64,000 nt of DNA, taken from NCBI GenBank assembly GCA_964016885.1, contig OZ024741.1:38874001-38938000 (forward strand), read 5' to 3'. Position 1 is the first letter of the stretch, and each line of letters starts with the position of its first letter. This document shows positions 1 to 14,769 of the stretch, one piece after another. The notes under the pieces were generated by a model. It searched no databases and was not told where the DNA came from. It saw only the letters and a list, made by a program, of their open reading frames with translations. The translations under genes and the position numbers were made by a program. The DNA comes from Eledone cirrhosa (Eukaryota).

Positions 1-11
1 CGCATCAACGG

Positions 12-2459
12 CTACGGCATACTCAGCCCTCCTTTCGAAGAGTGCTGGCAGCAGATGGATCTCCTCACCATGGGAGGCCGCTTCTTCCAGAGGAACTGGA
101 AGAGCATTCGCTCCATGATGGTGAGCGTTTCCTTGGGGCAAGGCACGACGGTCAGGCGGTAGTAGATGACGGACGCTATGTAAGCGTTCGTCACCTCCGC
201 CCGACCTTTCAGTGATAGTTTGCACTTGGCCCACTTCTGGGTCAGCGCAAACACCCTGCTCGTCACCTCGCCCCAATTCTTCTCCACCTGGAGGTCCGGT
301 CCGAACCAGACCCCGAGCAGCTTCACCGGGCCCTCCGTCCACCGCCCGACGACACCATCTAACGGCATCGGCTTGCCCCTCCACGTTCCGAGTTGCAAAC
401 CGACTGACTTGTCCCGGTTCAGCCTAGCCCCCGTCAGCCTTTCGTATTCCTCCAGTAGGGTGGCAATCGCCCCGATTTTCGAGGCGTCCGCCACCATTAC
501 TGTTACGTCGTCGGCATAGGCCGAGACCGCTTTGTGCAATCCCAGTTCCAGGAACGGCTCCGAGAGGTAGCCGTTTACTTTAACCCTAGAGCAGACGTTG
601 CCACTGTGCATGGCAGAAACCCAGCCCCTGAAAACGGGTCCGAAGCCCGCCGCCGCTAGCACCGCATCCAGGTAACCATGGTCGACCCTATCGAACGCCT
701 TAGATTGATCCAAGTTGATCACAGCCCCACCAAAGCCGGGTTCGTTCCCAACCCTCTCTACGATGTATCGCATGAGGTGGAGGTTGTCGTGAATGGATCT
801 GGACGGGATAGCGCATGTCTGCGCGTCTCCCACCAAACCACCCACCACAAGCGCCAACCTCTTCGCCAACACCTTGGCCAAAATCTGTAACTCTGCATTC
901 AGCAGAGTTATGGGCTTAAAGTTACTTAAGTCGTCCCCCTTGCTCTCGTCCTTCCTCACTAGCGTGACTACGCCCTTGGTCACAGAACAGGGAATTCTCC
1001 CGTTCTGTTGCCAGTTGCAATAGACAGCCTCGAGGAGTTCGGAGAACAAGACCGGCATAGCTAAATAAAGTTCGTATGGAAGACCATCGAGACCCGGAGA
1101 TTTGCGTCTGCTGCATTGGCTGAGGGCTTCACCGATTTCAGTGGCTGTGATTGGCCTTTCGCAGCACTCCGCTTCGCCGCTCGAAAGACGCGGTAGACCG
1201 TCGAGGTATGGACCGAAGTCCACATCCCCGTCCGGCCCCCCGCCCCCTCCGAACAGTCGAGCAAAGTGCCTTTGAAAGGCCTCGCACATCCGCTCAGGTT
1301 CAAGGATCACCCGTCCATCCTGGTCTCGCAAAGACCGAATGGTGGATTTAATCCCACTCTTGGATTCTGTCACGCGGGCCCAGCTAACAGCTTTGGTCCC
1401 CTCGTTTCCTAAAGCACGTATTTTACTTCGGACAACGCAGCCTTCGTGCTTCGCGTCAAAGAACTGGCTCAACGCCGTTCTCGACGTTAACACTCTGGCC
1501 ACGTCTCCGCTCCTAATCGCCTCTTCTAGTTTATCTGTTAACTCCCTTTCCCTCCTATTTCTATTCGCCGCTAATTCCTTACTGTAACCTATTGAACTTA
1601 CTTTAACATCTCTCTTTAGAGATACCCACCACCTGCTGTTGACGATCGCTCCCGTCAACCGCATCTTAACTAAGCTACTAATCTGGTTCCTGTAAGCTTC
1701 CTTTGCCGGCAAGGACAAGTTCATCTTCCAGTAACCGGGACCCTGTCTATGCGTTCTATCAAGGTTGACCACGCAGGTCACTAATTTGTGATCTGAATAG
1801 CCAACCATGAGCAATTCTGGACAACTAAATACGTCCCTATCCTTACTCCTAACCAAAAACCTATCTAGGTACGATCTAGATTGACCACTGTGGTTTGCCC
1901 AGGTCCAGGTTGGCACAGTTGGAAAATCTAGTTGAAATCTATCGACCAGGTCGAATCGATGGAGTAATCCCTTGAGGCTGCTACACCCCCCTCTATCGGG
2001 ACATGCCCCTGCATAGTCCCAACGCGCATCTAGGATTCCATTCCAGTCCCCCACTAAAAGCAGGGAGCGCGACGTTCCTAGAAAAGTCTCCAGACGCTGG
2101 AAGAAGTCGGCTCTTTCAGCCCCGAAGGGGGCATAAAGACCGACCAGTCTGAAAGCCCCGCCTACACCGCCTCCGACGTCCAGCACCAGTAATCGACCCC
2201 CCGGGTCCGAGTTAACAATCTGTACGTCGAGAGCCAGACGTTTATCCAGCAGTACGGCAACCCCACCCCCGCCTCCGGGTTGACAGAGAGATGCGTGCAT
2301 CTCAAAGTCATCGAAGGCGGGAGCCAGCTGTCGCACGCTGCTGATCTGACTCTCGCAAACGACCATCACATCTATACTTCGTGACCCGAGGTCACTTAGA
2401 AGCTTTGCTTGCTTCCAAGCTGAGCCCAGGCCACGCGCATTCAGACAGCCAACTCTCAA
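12..2459 (-). pseudogene. LINE ORF2, APE endonuclease + reverse transcriptase, defective
   Basis: EN motifs LNARGL, GDWN, SRSYLDR, SDH; RT motifs KSPGLDG, PITLLN, DQSKAFDRV, YADD; QGCPLS segment missing by in-frame deletion; premature TAG at 12-14 where paralogues have MPWLMM. Confidence 0.9.
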
Positions 2460-2479
2460 TTGATCTATTTTGGTGTTGA

Positions 2480-4290
2480 AAGTGAAGAAAGAAAAGCACC
2501 TACCTCTCCGGGTTGTGTAATTTCCATGGGGTCGGGTGTGTTGGGTGGAGGGATGTTTTGTGGTGGTGTGGGGTATCCGAGTGTGGTGGGGTTGGGGTAT
2601 TTGGAGTTGTGTCAGGGAGAGGGGAGGTTATGGGGAAATCTTTCAAGAGGACGCGATTTAACGGTTTTAAACAGGGGGGGGGCTCACGTCCCGTTTAAAT
2701 TGTTCTTTTAAGGAACGATAAAGGTCCAGAGGGACCTTTATCATTTTTAAATGGGTGAAGTTCTCTGTTGAGATAAAGTTTGGCCCTTCGGTCTGCACCA
2801 AAGGGCTATTGTTTATTAATTTAAACAGTTTTTTGTTTTCTTTATTTATATATGTGTATTGCAAAGTCTTTTTTTTTTGTGATGCTGTCAATGTTTCGAA
2901 GGGGGGAGGCGCAGATTTATTTTTGTTTGTCGAGGGTGGGGTGTTTTTGATTGGAGTTGGTGTTTGTGTGTGGGTTATTTGTTGTTGTGGTGTGCTGGGT
3001 GTGTGATTTCGTTTTTTTTCTTTTAACTTGTCTGAAGGCTTCTCCTTCTTCTTCAGAAGTTGGGGGAACTCTTCAGCGCTAGGTGGGAGGGACGTGGTGT
3101 CTGGTTGTTGTTTTTTTGCGGGAGGGGTAGATTTGTTGCTGTTTTTTTTTATTATTAGTTTGGAATGTGTTTTGTGGTGATGTTTGTGTCGTGCTTGTGG
3201 TTGGTGATGGTGGTGGTGATGTTTGTGTTGTGGTTGGTGATGGTGGTGGTGATTTTTGTGTCGTGCTTGTGTTTGGTGCTGGTGGTGGTGATGTTTGTGT
3301 TGTGCTTGTGGTTGGTGGTGTCTGTATTTTGTTTACTGTGTGTGGTATTAGTGTATTTTTGGAGGTGGATGGTGTTGGTGTACTGTTTGTGGTGGGTGTG
3401 GGCAATAGTCCTTTTTGGGGGATACGATTCGGGCAGTTAGCCTTAACTGTCCCCTTTCCGTGCATGAATAGCATGCTGGTCTTCTCCCCTCTACAATTAT
3501 ATATATTGGGGTGAGGTCATCCAGCCAGATGCGATCCGGGATTTGCGCTATTCTTTCGGGCCTCATTTGGACTAGTAGGTCGAGGCCCATTCCCAGGAAC
3601 GCATCTCCAGATGCCTTCCCTATTGACAGCACTGTGTCCTCGCCCATGTCTATGAAGCCAGCAATAGCCCGCCAGAAGTCCATTGTGGGCAGCATTGTCT
3701 GTATTTTGACTCTCTGAGTTCTTTTACCCATGTAGGAGGGATAGAAACTGTATGCTGTTGATGAGAGTGGGCTTAGGGAAAGCCTCTGTGCTGTTTCCTT
3801 GTCTTTTGTTAAAACAGAAATGCTGCCATAGAGTCGGTCCTTTCGCATGAAGAGAATATTCTTCATATAGTCTTTTAGGACCAACTCTATCTCCATTTGG
3901 CTGGGCTGTGCTGGCTTTCTCGTGTGGTTTAGAATTGTTCTAGTGTTTTCTAGTCTCGTTTTCTTGAATTCTGGGGGGGAATTAATGGAAAACATTCCGT
4001 TCTCCCCCAAGATTATGTGCTTTTTTGCTTCTGCCAGTTTCTCTCTGGCGGCAGTTAAGTCAATAGGTGTATATATTATAGATTTTTTTGTTGTCTGGGC
4101 GAAAGTTGCCTTGTTTTTTGTATTCTTATTTTCTGTTTGTTTGTTTTCCGTTTGCTCATTTTCCGTAACATTTGTTTTTTCATTTTCCTTGTTTGTTTCG
4201 TTGTCTAGTTTTGTTGTATCTATTTTTTGTTCTTCAGACTTGGGGGCGTGGCAGAGATAATGGCAGACATGTCTGCCATCTTTCCCGCCA
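2480..4290 (-). pseudogene. LINE ORF1 (CCHC zinc knuckle, Pro/Thr-rich tail), frameshifted
   Basis: RKDRLYGS, FYPSYMGKRTQR, VEGRRPACYSC match ORF1 at 37796-39109; split over several frames (3348-4010, 3079-3474, 2667-2891). Confidence 0.8.
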
Positions 4291-4492
4291 TGCGTCCAAG
4301 AAAGAAGTTTTACAGAAAAATAGTTATTTATTTTACCCCCTAAAAAGGGGGTAAATGTAAAAATGTTTCCCTAAATAACAGGGGTAAGTGTTCCAAATGT
4401 GTTGCACTGAAAAAATTCACTGGTACTTACTATAGTAAGGGTAAATTCCGATAGAATGGCAGAGCTGATGTGAAGCGTGTCTCACTCTATCA

Positions 4493-4494
<2 letters not shown>

Positions 4495-4570
<76 letters not shown>
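4495..4570. repeat. (TA)n(GA)n compound microsatellite
   Basis: directly visible. Confidence 0.95.
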
Positions 4571-4575
<5 letters not shown>

Positions 4576-4832
4576 TTATACTATGGCATCATTTCAGTAC
4601 AATTCTTCCTCTGGTTCTCTATTTCAGATTTTCACTAAAATACGTTCGAAATCCTCAGCCTACACTGATTTTGTAATAGAGTTAATATATGATGAATGTG
4701 TAACAAATATTTATAGACCACGACTCTTCCCACAAGTTGAGCACGTTCCCAAATTACACAGCACTATATATATAGAAATAAACATACAAAGAAGTGTGTT
4801 TTGAATTACACGGGTTGAAAACATCTTTAGTG

Positions 4833-4881
<49 letters not shown>

Positions 4882-5132
4882 GCATTTGAAGTTGTCCCAA
4901 ATTGAAGGTTGAGTACTTTAGACTTTGTTTTATCATGAGTTAAGGCTCTATTGATTTTTCCCTGGATTTCTCTAAATTCTGTTGGATAAATCTATATCCC
5001 GATTCCTTTTGAATTGAGTCTGAATTATTTTTCCCATATCTTATGTTAACTATTTTCCCATTTTGACGCTATAGTCGCATATATGTTATGGAATACTGTT
5101 AGCTTCTCGCTACAACAATTTCTATACTTTTC

Positions 5133-5167
<35 letters not shown>

Positions 5168-5170
<3 letters not shown>

Positions 5171-5487
5171 CCAAACGTTTAACAAGTTTCATTGATTAAT
5201 CAATGAATAAAGTTTTACAATAGATTAGAAGCACTCAACAAAGAGGTTTGCTGGAGTTATTAATATTACTTCAAAATATTAATAAATATAGACATTCATG
5301 TGATCAAATATATTTTATTATACATATTTCAGAGGTACTGTGCTGTTTCATCAGTACGTCCTCATCAGATAAAATAAATTGATGTCTGACATACGTCAAC
5401 TGTGCTGATGGTTCAATTCCAGTCTTGGCAGTGATTAGGTATGACAATACTCAATATTTATATACCATAAATTGTAACGTGACAAAC
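5168..5487 (-). mobile_element. Left arm plus tail of a PLE-type inverted-repeat element; partner arm at 9845-10063
   Basis: 5267-5487 is the imperfect reverse complement of 9845-10063; CTGATGAG...GAAA motif; extra ~100 bp (5168-5266) only on this arm. Confidence 0.65.
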
Positions 5488-5534
5488 TACATATAATAGA
5501 GAGAGTACGTAGGAGAAAGTGTATAAAAATATAA

Positions 5535-5720
5535 TCTATATATATAAAACTGAGGATGTCTGTGTGTGTGTAAGTTTGAATCCCTAAAACTAGAGAAGCA
5601 CCCAACCGACAGTTTTCAAACTTTACATATGTATTACTTATGTTTCAGGAAGTGTTCTGGGCAGAAATTTCAAATGTTCAATGCCCTAAGGACCGCATCA
5701 GACGATTTGGCGATCTCTCT
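5535..5720 (+). mobile_element. Possible non-autonomous Helitron 5' end
   Basis: A|TCTATATATATAAAA followed by TGTCTGTGTG repeats, like the start at 20093; no CTAG 3' end identified. Confidence 0.35.
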
Positions 5721-6762
5721 CTATAATTCTTAGTCTTTCTCTTTTTAGATAGATACATACATATAACGTAGCGCCCTTATACTATCTGTCTGTATGTCTG
5801 CATTACGTCACTTTCTACAATTCGCTCTGCGTCTAGAACGCGCCCTTATAATATTTGTCTGTATGCCTGACTGTCTGCTGCCTCCGGTTAAACGCCACCC
5901 TTACTCAAGACAAATCTCACACTCATTCCCCAAACAGTTGGTAAGTGCACACACCTTCTTCCCCACGTTTTAAACCACAGTTGCTTACTTACGTACCACC
6001 AGACCCTTACTTCTTTGCCAGCCGTGGTCGTGACAATACTAAGCTTAGCTAAGGCGGTTATATATTTTACAATACCTATAAATATAATAAGTATATATAA
6101 AGGCAAGTAAAAGTAAACATATAATTACATAACTGTTAAAAATTTAAATAATTAAATATGTAAACCTCCATATTATAGAAGGAGCAAATGAGAGAGTGAG
6201 AGAGCTAAATAGAGGAGAGAAAGAAAGGATAGAGAGATAATACTAAAAACAAAGAAAGGGAGATATGTATGATAAAATATAATTACATAAGGAGAAGGAG
6301 AATAAAGTTATATGATGCGTGACTGTTTTTTTTTGAAATATTAAGTTAGGTAGAAATAATCAAATAATTAAATAACTTGAAATTGTTAGTCTATATTATT
6401 TGAAAGAAAATATATTATTATATTATATCAAAATTAAAACAAATATATAGTAAAAAAGATAATTTAATTTAACATAATTCCATGAGTATAATTAAATTAT
6501 TAAATATATTCAATAATTTAGTTAGAAAGATCGAAATTAAAAATTAAAAATGTTATTAACTAACCATAGTGCTTTTAAATGTAGTAAATATGATATTATT
6601 AAACCAGATTTATTTAGATATTAGCATTTGTATAGTTCTTTTATAAACTATATGATTTAAATCGATATTTGTCGATTATATATAATAATTATTAGTTATA
6701 ATTACACTTAAGAGTGTTATAATTTTGATATAAATAGATTTTACTGTATCCAATACTATACA

Positions 6763-9283
6763 CTCAGGCACACAATATCCTGCTTGTTTTGGGGGACTTC
6801 AATGCAGATCTGAGTAAGGAGGGCAGTGAAGATCCTTGCTGGTACTTCCATAACAACACCAACCGAAATGGAAGACTACTGAGAGACACCCTGCTGGAGG
6901 CGAACTTGATGGCGACCAACCTAAGGTTTAGGAAGAATCTGGGGAAGATGTGGACCTACATCTCAGATATGCACCTATCCAAGTCCAAGATTGATTTCAT
7001 TCTGGTGAGGAAAAAGTGGCGGAATAGTGTTCTGAACACGGAGCCATACAGCTATTTCAGTACACTGGGTAGTGACCACCGGCTTGTTATGAGTGAGGTC
7101 CGGGTGAGCTTAAGAAAGAGCAAGGCTCGGCCCCGGAGAACAATCTATGACTGGGAGCTTTCAAGGAAGATGAGAAGCTACAGGAGAGGTTCACAGTGGA
7201 GGTGAGAGACAGGTTTAGTGCTCTGTGTGGAGAGTCAGAGGAGAGAGAGATTGGATGGACTGAGGAGAGTGTGACGGGGAGGTACGGGCACATCACCAAT
7301 GCAGTGGCGGAAGCAAGTGAAACCCTGGTGCCGAGGAAAGAGAGCAGGGGGAAGCACGTCAGCTCTGCAAACCCAAAAGTGTGTGCAGCCAGAGAATACC
7401 TGAAAGCTGCCGAGGACCAATTCTATGCTGATCCTACGGAGGAGAGGATGGAGACTTAGGAGGTGATGAGGGAAGAGCTCTGTACCGCTTACACTGAGGT
7501 CAGAGAGGAGGCACTGATAGAGAAGATCAGAAGTGTGGAGAGAGCGGTTGACAGATCTAGATGTAAGGAGAGCTGGATGATCATTAACGAGATCACAGGG
7601 AGGAAGAGAAGGTGTTCGAGTCAGATCCAGGGAACGGGGCCCGAGGATAGGAAGAGGAAATGGCTAGACCATTTTTACCCTACTAGGAGAGCCACCCTCC
7701 ACAGCACAGAGCACAGGGGAGATCAGGCGGCTGTTTGAGGAACTGGATGTTGAGACAGAGCCCTTCACCAGAGAGGAGCTTCAGAGAGCCAAGAAGAGGA
7801 TCAAGGAGGGCAAGGCTCATGGAGAAGATGGAGTGGCATCAGTGGTGATGAAGAGGTGTGATTTTGATGATATCATCCTGGGGTTCTGTAACGGGGCACT
7901 GGAGAAAGGAGTTGCCCCGAATCAGTGGAGGATCAGTAACATCGTCCCAGTACCAAAGAAGGGAGATCTCTCTAACACCAACAACTACCGGGGGATCTCA
8001 CTGACATCACTTGTGGCAAAGACCCTCAACAGGATGATTCTTAACAGGATCCAGCCTGAGATGGAGAAGAAGCTCAGGGACAACCAGAACGGCTTCAGAG
8101 AAGGTAGATCAACCACCAGTCACATCCTGATGCTGAGGAGGATATTAGAGGGAGCTAGAGCAAAGTGCTTTCCTGCGGTCATGGTTTTCATTGACTTTAG
8201 GAAGGCCTTTGATTCTGTGGACCATTACTGCCTGATGAAGATCTTACAGGCTTATGGAGTCCCCAAGAGGATAGTGGACCTGATATCACTGCTCTACATC
8301 AACACCAAAGCCCAAGTCATTACACCTGATGGGATGACAGAGTTCTTTGAGATACTGGCTGGAGTGCTCCAGGGAGATACATTGGCTCCCTATCTTTTTA
8401 TCATCGTAGTGGATTATTGTATGCGCCTTGCACTGGAGAAACACCAGGACTCTGGCCGTACTGTAGCACCGGCTCAGAGCAGGAGAGTTAGGGCGAAAAA
8501 GGTATCGGATGCTGAATTTGCCGACGACATAGTTTTGGTGACAAATACAGTGAAGGAGGCAGAGGATTTGATGCGGGAGGTTGAGACTGTGTCTATGAGT
8601 GTGGGGATGAGAATGAATGAGACTAAAACAAAATATCTGGTAGAGAATGTTGAGAAGCCAGAGGGGATCACTAATGTAGGCGGGAAGCCGCTGGAATTGG
8701 TTGAGGACTTCCTGTATTTGGGAGCAAAGATTGGGAATACGGAAGATGATGTGGTTGAGAGGAAGAGCAAGGTCTGGGCGGCGTGCCACAGCTTGAGATC
8801 GGTGTGGAAATCGGACCTTCGTAGAGACCTGAAAGTCCGCCTCTTCATTGCTGTAGTGGAGTCTGTGCTGCTGTATGGGTCTGAGACTTAGACACTGACC
8901 AAGAAACTCACTCAGATGGTGGATGGGGGCTACACGAGAATGCTGAGGATGGCTCTGAACATTAATCAGTATACACTGAGGATGAAAAACTCAGAGCTGT
9001 ATGGGAGCATCCCAAAAGTCAGCTCAAAAGTGACACAGAGGAGACTGAGGTTAGCTGGACATGCTCACCGACATCCAGAGTTGACATTGCACTCAGTGCT
9101 CCGTTGGGAGCCGCTACATGGACACACTAGAAGTGGAAGACCAAGGTTAACGTATGTTGATGCCCTAAGGACAGACACTGGTCTGTTGGAGACGCAGGAC
9201 ACGGCAGCGATAATGAGGGACAGAGACCGCTGGAGAGAACTCGTCCATGGATCTCGGGAATTTTACCCGCCTTAGATAGATAG
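6763..9283 (+). mobile_element. RTE-clade LINE, 5'-truncated, (TAGA)n tail, 10-bp TSD
   Basis: EN motifs GDFNA, IDFIL, SDHR; RT motifs YRGISL, QNGFR, DFRKAFDSV, GVLQGDTLAP, FADD; TSD ATACTATACA at 6753-6762 and 9284-9293. Confidence 0.92.
6789..9275 (+). pseudogene. RTE EN-RT ORF broken by frameshifts and stops
   Basis: consecutive ORF pieces 6789-7205, 7196-7459, 7463-7738, 7833-8891, 8916-9275 form one colinear EN-RT protein. Confidence 0.88.
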
Positions 9284-9844
9284 ATACTATACATCAAGTT
9301 ACGTACTGATTATTAATCAATTTAGATTAAACGAAACTTTTATACGATAAATGTAAACAATATCTTCGTACGACGTAATCAAACATTCAAAGTAATTAAA
9401 CGGTTTACGAGTCTGAAGATATTACAGATATCAAATTTATAAGATATAGGATTTAAGAAATACTAAATCAAAACTACGGGTATTTAAACAATCAAGAGAT
9501 TAACATACTTATTAAAAGAGCAGGTAAACAATTTCTATGGTTAGGTAGAAACCTTATATCCAATATTAATAATAGCAATAATAAAAACATTACAAGAATT
9601 ATTAATCAGAGTCAATATCTTTTCCACTCAGAATTATTAATAAGAGTCAAATTCATTTCTCACTTAGTTAATGTTTTTTCCTAATTTTATATGATGCTTG
9701 AAATGTAGATGCGGATTTGTGCAGGCAGTTTGAGAATAACTCACTTTTTTAAAAATTAAATTACCATAATTAGCAATTATTAATAGAGTCTCGCTATTGC
9801 AAAGGTTGCAGTTAGGTGAGATAGAGGAATTTTGGTAGACTTGT

Positions 9845-10430
<586 letters not shown>

Positions 10431-10889
10431 ACGCCATACAGTTAAACAGTTTCACATACACACACCTACGGAGGTAGACATATAGCTAGTTGTGTTGTGA
10501 CAGCTTTTTCACACGCACCTATACACAATAGATTTTACTAGCTGCCACACATCGGTGTGTGCATTTAATATGTAATTTAGTGTATTATCTAGTCTCAGTC
10601 TACTGTTGCATAAAGGTTATAAACTGGCTGAGTCGTGATTATTTGGTTTTTGTGTATATTGTTCAGTTTTCCTCAGATAACCTTTTGTTTCCTTGCTTAT
10701 TAGGTCAGGAGGGAAAAGCCGTGCCGATGCCCTTCGCATGCCTTCCTCTGATTCATAATATATTTAATGGTGCGTTGTTTCTTTAATTTTCCTACTATTA
10801 GGGTTTTCGGGCGTTGAATGTCATCAAAATATACATAAATCACGGCATAAATTCCCTGCCTATAAATATCTTGCGAATAGCAATCACGG

Positions 10890-10980
10890 TCAACTGACCC
10901 AACTTGCCTCTAATGGGGCAATCCGTTTAATCCATGCTAGCTTTGAAAATGGACATTAAACGACGATGATGATGATGATG
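10890..10980 (+). mobile_element. SINE 3' end with (GAT)n tail
   Basis: AATCCATGCTAGC..GAAAATGGACATTAAACGACGATGATGATG resembles octopus SINE tails as I recall them. Confidence 0.45.
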
Positions 10981-11344
10981 AGAATGCTGCGTTCATACTT
11001 TATGTGTTGGCGTATATCAGAAAGATTGTGATCGAACGAATTAATTTCATCGGTATTGTGACCCCGTCACAAGTTTTTGCTCTTAAATCTGAGTTAATTT
11101 ATAAATTTTCTAAACCATTAGTAATGTCTCTACTGCTTACTCAATAATTAAAACGCTGCGTCCTTAACATTTTTTTAGAGCTTCGGAGACAGTTAGATGG
11201 AAAGGACTGTTATACTTAAACCTATACCTGGTCTGAATGCTTGCAACAGAGTGAACCCCGCTAAAAGCAACACAGGGACAGATGATGGTGTTAAACAGGG
11301 CGACAGATAATTTCTATATACAAGAACACGGATAGCAAAGAACA

Positions 11345-11510
11345 TAAACGATATCACAAATCATCTTGTCTGATGCTCTAACAATTCTGTCAATCTGCCA
11401 GCCTAGACTGGTACATTATTTTATCGACCCCTAAAGGAAGGAGGACAGATTTTGACCACAGTGGAATTTGAACTCAGAACAGAGAAATCTTGAATAAATA
11501 CTGTTAGGCT
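11345..11510 (-). mobile_element. Degenerate tRNA-derived SINE with Nin/Deu-like domain
   Basis: reverse strand has B-box GAGTTCAAATTCC and GGGGTCGATAAAATAATGTACCAG; homologous to 15320-15450 and 36270-36392. Confidence 0.55.
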
Positions 11511-12184
11511 GTAAAATATCACAATCACATATTATTTGCTTCAACAGTAATCCTCATATACTTTCCATGTGTTTCACATACATATTTCAGAGATCTTGTA
11601 CATTAACGCTAAGATCTTTGTTGAATATACAGCTATTTATATAGCTTCTCTTATGATTTTATCCTCTGCGCTTTCTATTTCCTACGGTAGATTCTCGTTT
11701 AAAGAAATATATTGAAATTCGACCTTTGATTTGCGTATATCATAAATAGTTTGTTTATTTATGTCGTAAATTTCACAGCCTCGTGCTACTGAAATATCTT
11801 GTTCTAATTAGTTAATCAGATGTAATTCCTGTGACGCCATTTCGGTTATACGAAGTTTCTTCGTGTGATATATAGTGAAATTTTGAACGTCAAGGACTGG
11901 AATAGTTTGACGAGGGTGCGGGTGACAGTAATTATTTTACGTTTGTTTTCCCATTATTGTTTGGATGAGATGAATCCCAGAGCATATGTCGGTTTCATGG
12001 GAACTGTAGCGACTGAGATTATACGAATTCCTCCTGAAGGCAGCATCACGGATGACCGGAGATTCTGAGTATCAGAATACATATACACATCAGATACATA
12101 TACACATACATAACTACATCCACTCATGCATGAATACATACATACACACACACACATATATACATATATATATGCGTACATACA

Positions 12185-12490
12185 TGATGGCTTCCCCTCG
12201 TTATCGAGTATGGCTATTACACGATATACCATTATTAGTAATTATTAATTAATTCTATCGTGCAGTGCCTGTGTGCGAAGAATTTTTTAGAATGAGGAAA
12301 GACTGTGCACTGAGTCAATCCCACTCTCTGAGCGACAGTAGCTATAACCCGAAAATAAGTAAAGATCAATATCATCGATAACTACTGAGCCGCAGGTTTT
12401 ATGTCGGAGTTATCCCAGTTTCCCGAGTTGTCTTCTCTTAGAAGAATGCCTTGACAAAGGCTAGGGGTCCTTCACTGAGGTCCTTCACTG
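12185..12490 (-). mobile_element. RTE-related short non-autonomous retroelement, (ATGT)n tail, copy 1
   Basis: ~300 bp homologous to 20868-21161; both abut (CATA)n; 3' end CCATACTCGATAACGAGGGGAAGCCATC resembles RTE 3' ends. Confidence 0.55.
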
Positions 12491-12673
12491 AGGCTAGTCG
12501 GTAGGAGTGGGATGGTAAGATGACAGAAGCCTACTAGCACACCAATAAATTAGTAGTGGTTTTGGCAGGTTTGCTCAACAAATAAGTAATTTGGAGATAT
12601 ATATATATATATATATACACGAATGTGTGTGTGCGTGTGTATGTGTGCGTGTGTGTGTGTGTGTGCGTGTGTG

Positions 12674-12705
<32 letters not shown>

Positions 12706-13350
12706 ATTGTGTGTATCTGTATGTGTGTGTGTGCGTGCGTGCGTGTGCGTGTGTGCGTGTGTGTGTGTATGTATATAAATATATATATGTATATATATAT
12801 ATATGAATAAAATTAGAGCGAGAAAACGTTCGTCATCAGTGATCTTCCAGCCGTCGTTGGTATTTCTTCGCATTAACGATCATATACCTCTGACTGGTGC
12901 GAGCAATAACTAAAAAAAGTTATTGGGACACGTAGAAGAGGGTGAAGCGAGCGAGACATGTAAACAAACAGAGATGGTAATGCAACGGAAAGAGAGGAAG
13001 AGGGGAAACAAGTCTGTGATATCTATGAACTTAAGTTCGACGAATCATGGACGAGGAGAGGCACAGACGCGTCCGAGCCATGTGAGATGTAAGCGAGAAA
13101 AGGATTTCACACAGGTCTGACGGGAGGAAGTGAGAGAGGGGGAGTATCAGAGAGTGAGTGAGTGAAAGTGTGAGGAAGAGGCCAGCTGAGAGAGAGAGAG
13201 AGAGTGACTGGCAGAGGGGGTGAAATGAAGGTGAGAGATACAGGGTGAGAGAAGGGGATAGTAATAAGAAAGAAACAGACTGGTCACAGCGGAGGGAAAA
13301 ATATAAATGAAAAATGGCGTGCTGCGTTGTTGCAAATGGGATACATATTA

Positions 13351-13800
<450 letters not shown>

Positions 13801-13819
13801 GTTTGTCAGCTCACACTTC

Positions 13820-14407
13820 CACACGCCCGCACACACACACAGATACTGACAGATACATACAGAGTAGCTTGTGTGCTTACATTCACACACAGAAATAGTC
13901 ACACAAATATACGCATACATGCACACAGAGAGGCACACACGCGCGTGTATATACGCACACATATACACAGACACACACACATACACGCACCCGTATATAT
14001 ACATGCACACACACACTTGCGCATCCGTACATATACATACACATACACTCACAGGTATACATACAAATACATACATTTACATACACACATATACACATCT
14101 GCACATACATATGCGTACATACACACATTCACATACACATATATATATATATACACACACCCACCCACACACACCTATACACACATACGTCTACACACAT
14201 GTACACACATACATACACACACACACATATACACACATATATATATACATATACATAGACACACACACACATATATATATATACACACACACATACCCTA
14301 ATACATGTTTTCCCCTGCACGTGTGCATACACACACACACACACAAACTAGCATATATATTCTTACACATATGTATATATGTATGTACACACATCTACAC
14401 CACATAA
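13820..14407. repeat. CA/TA low-complexity tract
   Basis: directly visible. Confidence 0.9.
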
Positions 14408-14496
14408 AAAAATATTCAAAAAATACCTGTAAGAAAAGCATATAAAGATACACATTGGGTTGTGCATGCAGACAGAGTTGATATTATTCTGCCAAC

Positions 14497-14769
14497 GTGG
14501 ACAAATCCGTATATAGACACCTCAAGCAAGGCTACATATGGAACTTGAAAGACAGCGGCACCTCGTATGATCTCAACTGGAGTATCGTTCAATATGCAAA
14601 TGCATATTCAGCTGGAAACAAGAAGTGTAGGCTATGCCTATCCGAGGCCATGGAGATAGTCAGATTAAAGGATGATGCGGTCAACCTGAAATCGGAGATT
14701 ATCATGACGTGCAGACACCAGAGAAGGTGCACATTCTCCGCATGGACGCAACCGGACAGCCCAAGCTAA
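14497..14769 (+). pseudogene. C-terminal remnant of a PLE GIY-YIG endonuclease (YIWxLK..W..CxLC..E..N.KSE..CRH type)
   Basis: YIWNLKD..LNWSIV..AYS..KKCRLCLSEA..VNLKSEII..CRH; homologous to the remnant at 26755-27170. Confidence 0.65.

Larger units (their letters stand above)
1..4494 (-). mobile_element. Tx1/L1-clade LINE (TATC/TA-associated lineage): 5'UTR + ORF1 + ORF2, 3' part outside window
   Basis: ORF2 with APE and RT motifs; upstream ORF1 with zinc knuckle; 5' end abuts (TA)n(GA)n at 4495-4570; ORF2 closely similar to the copy at 39097-41790. Confidence 0.9.
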
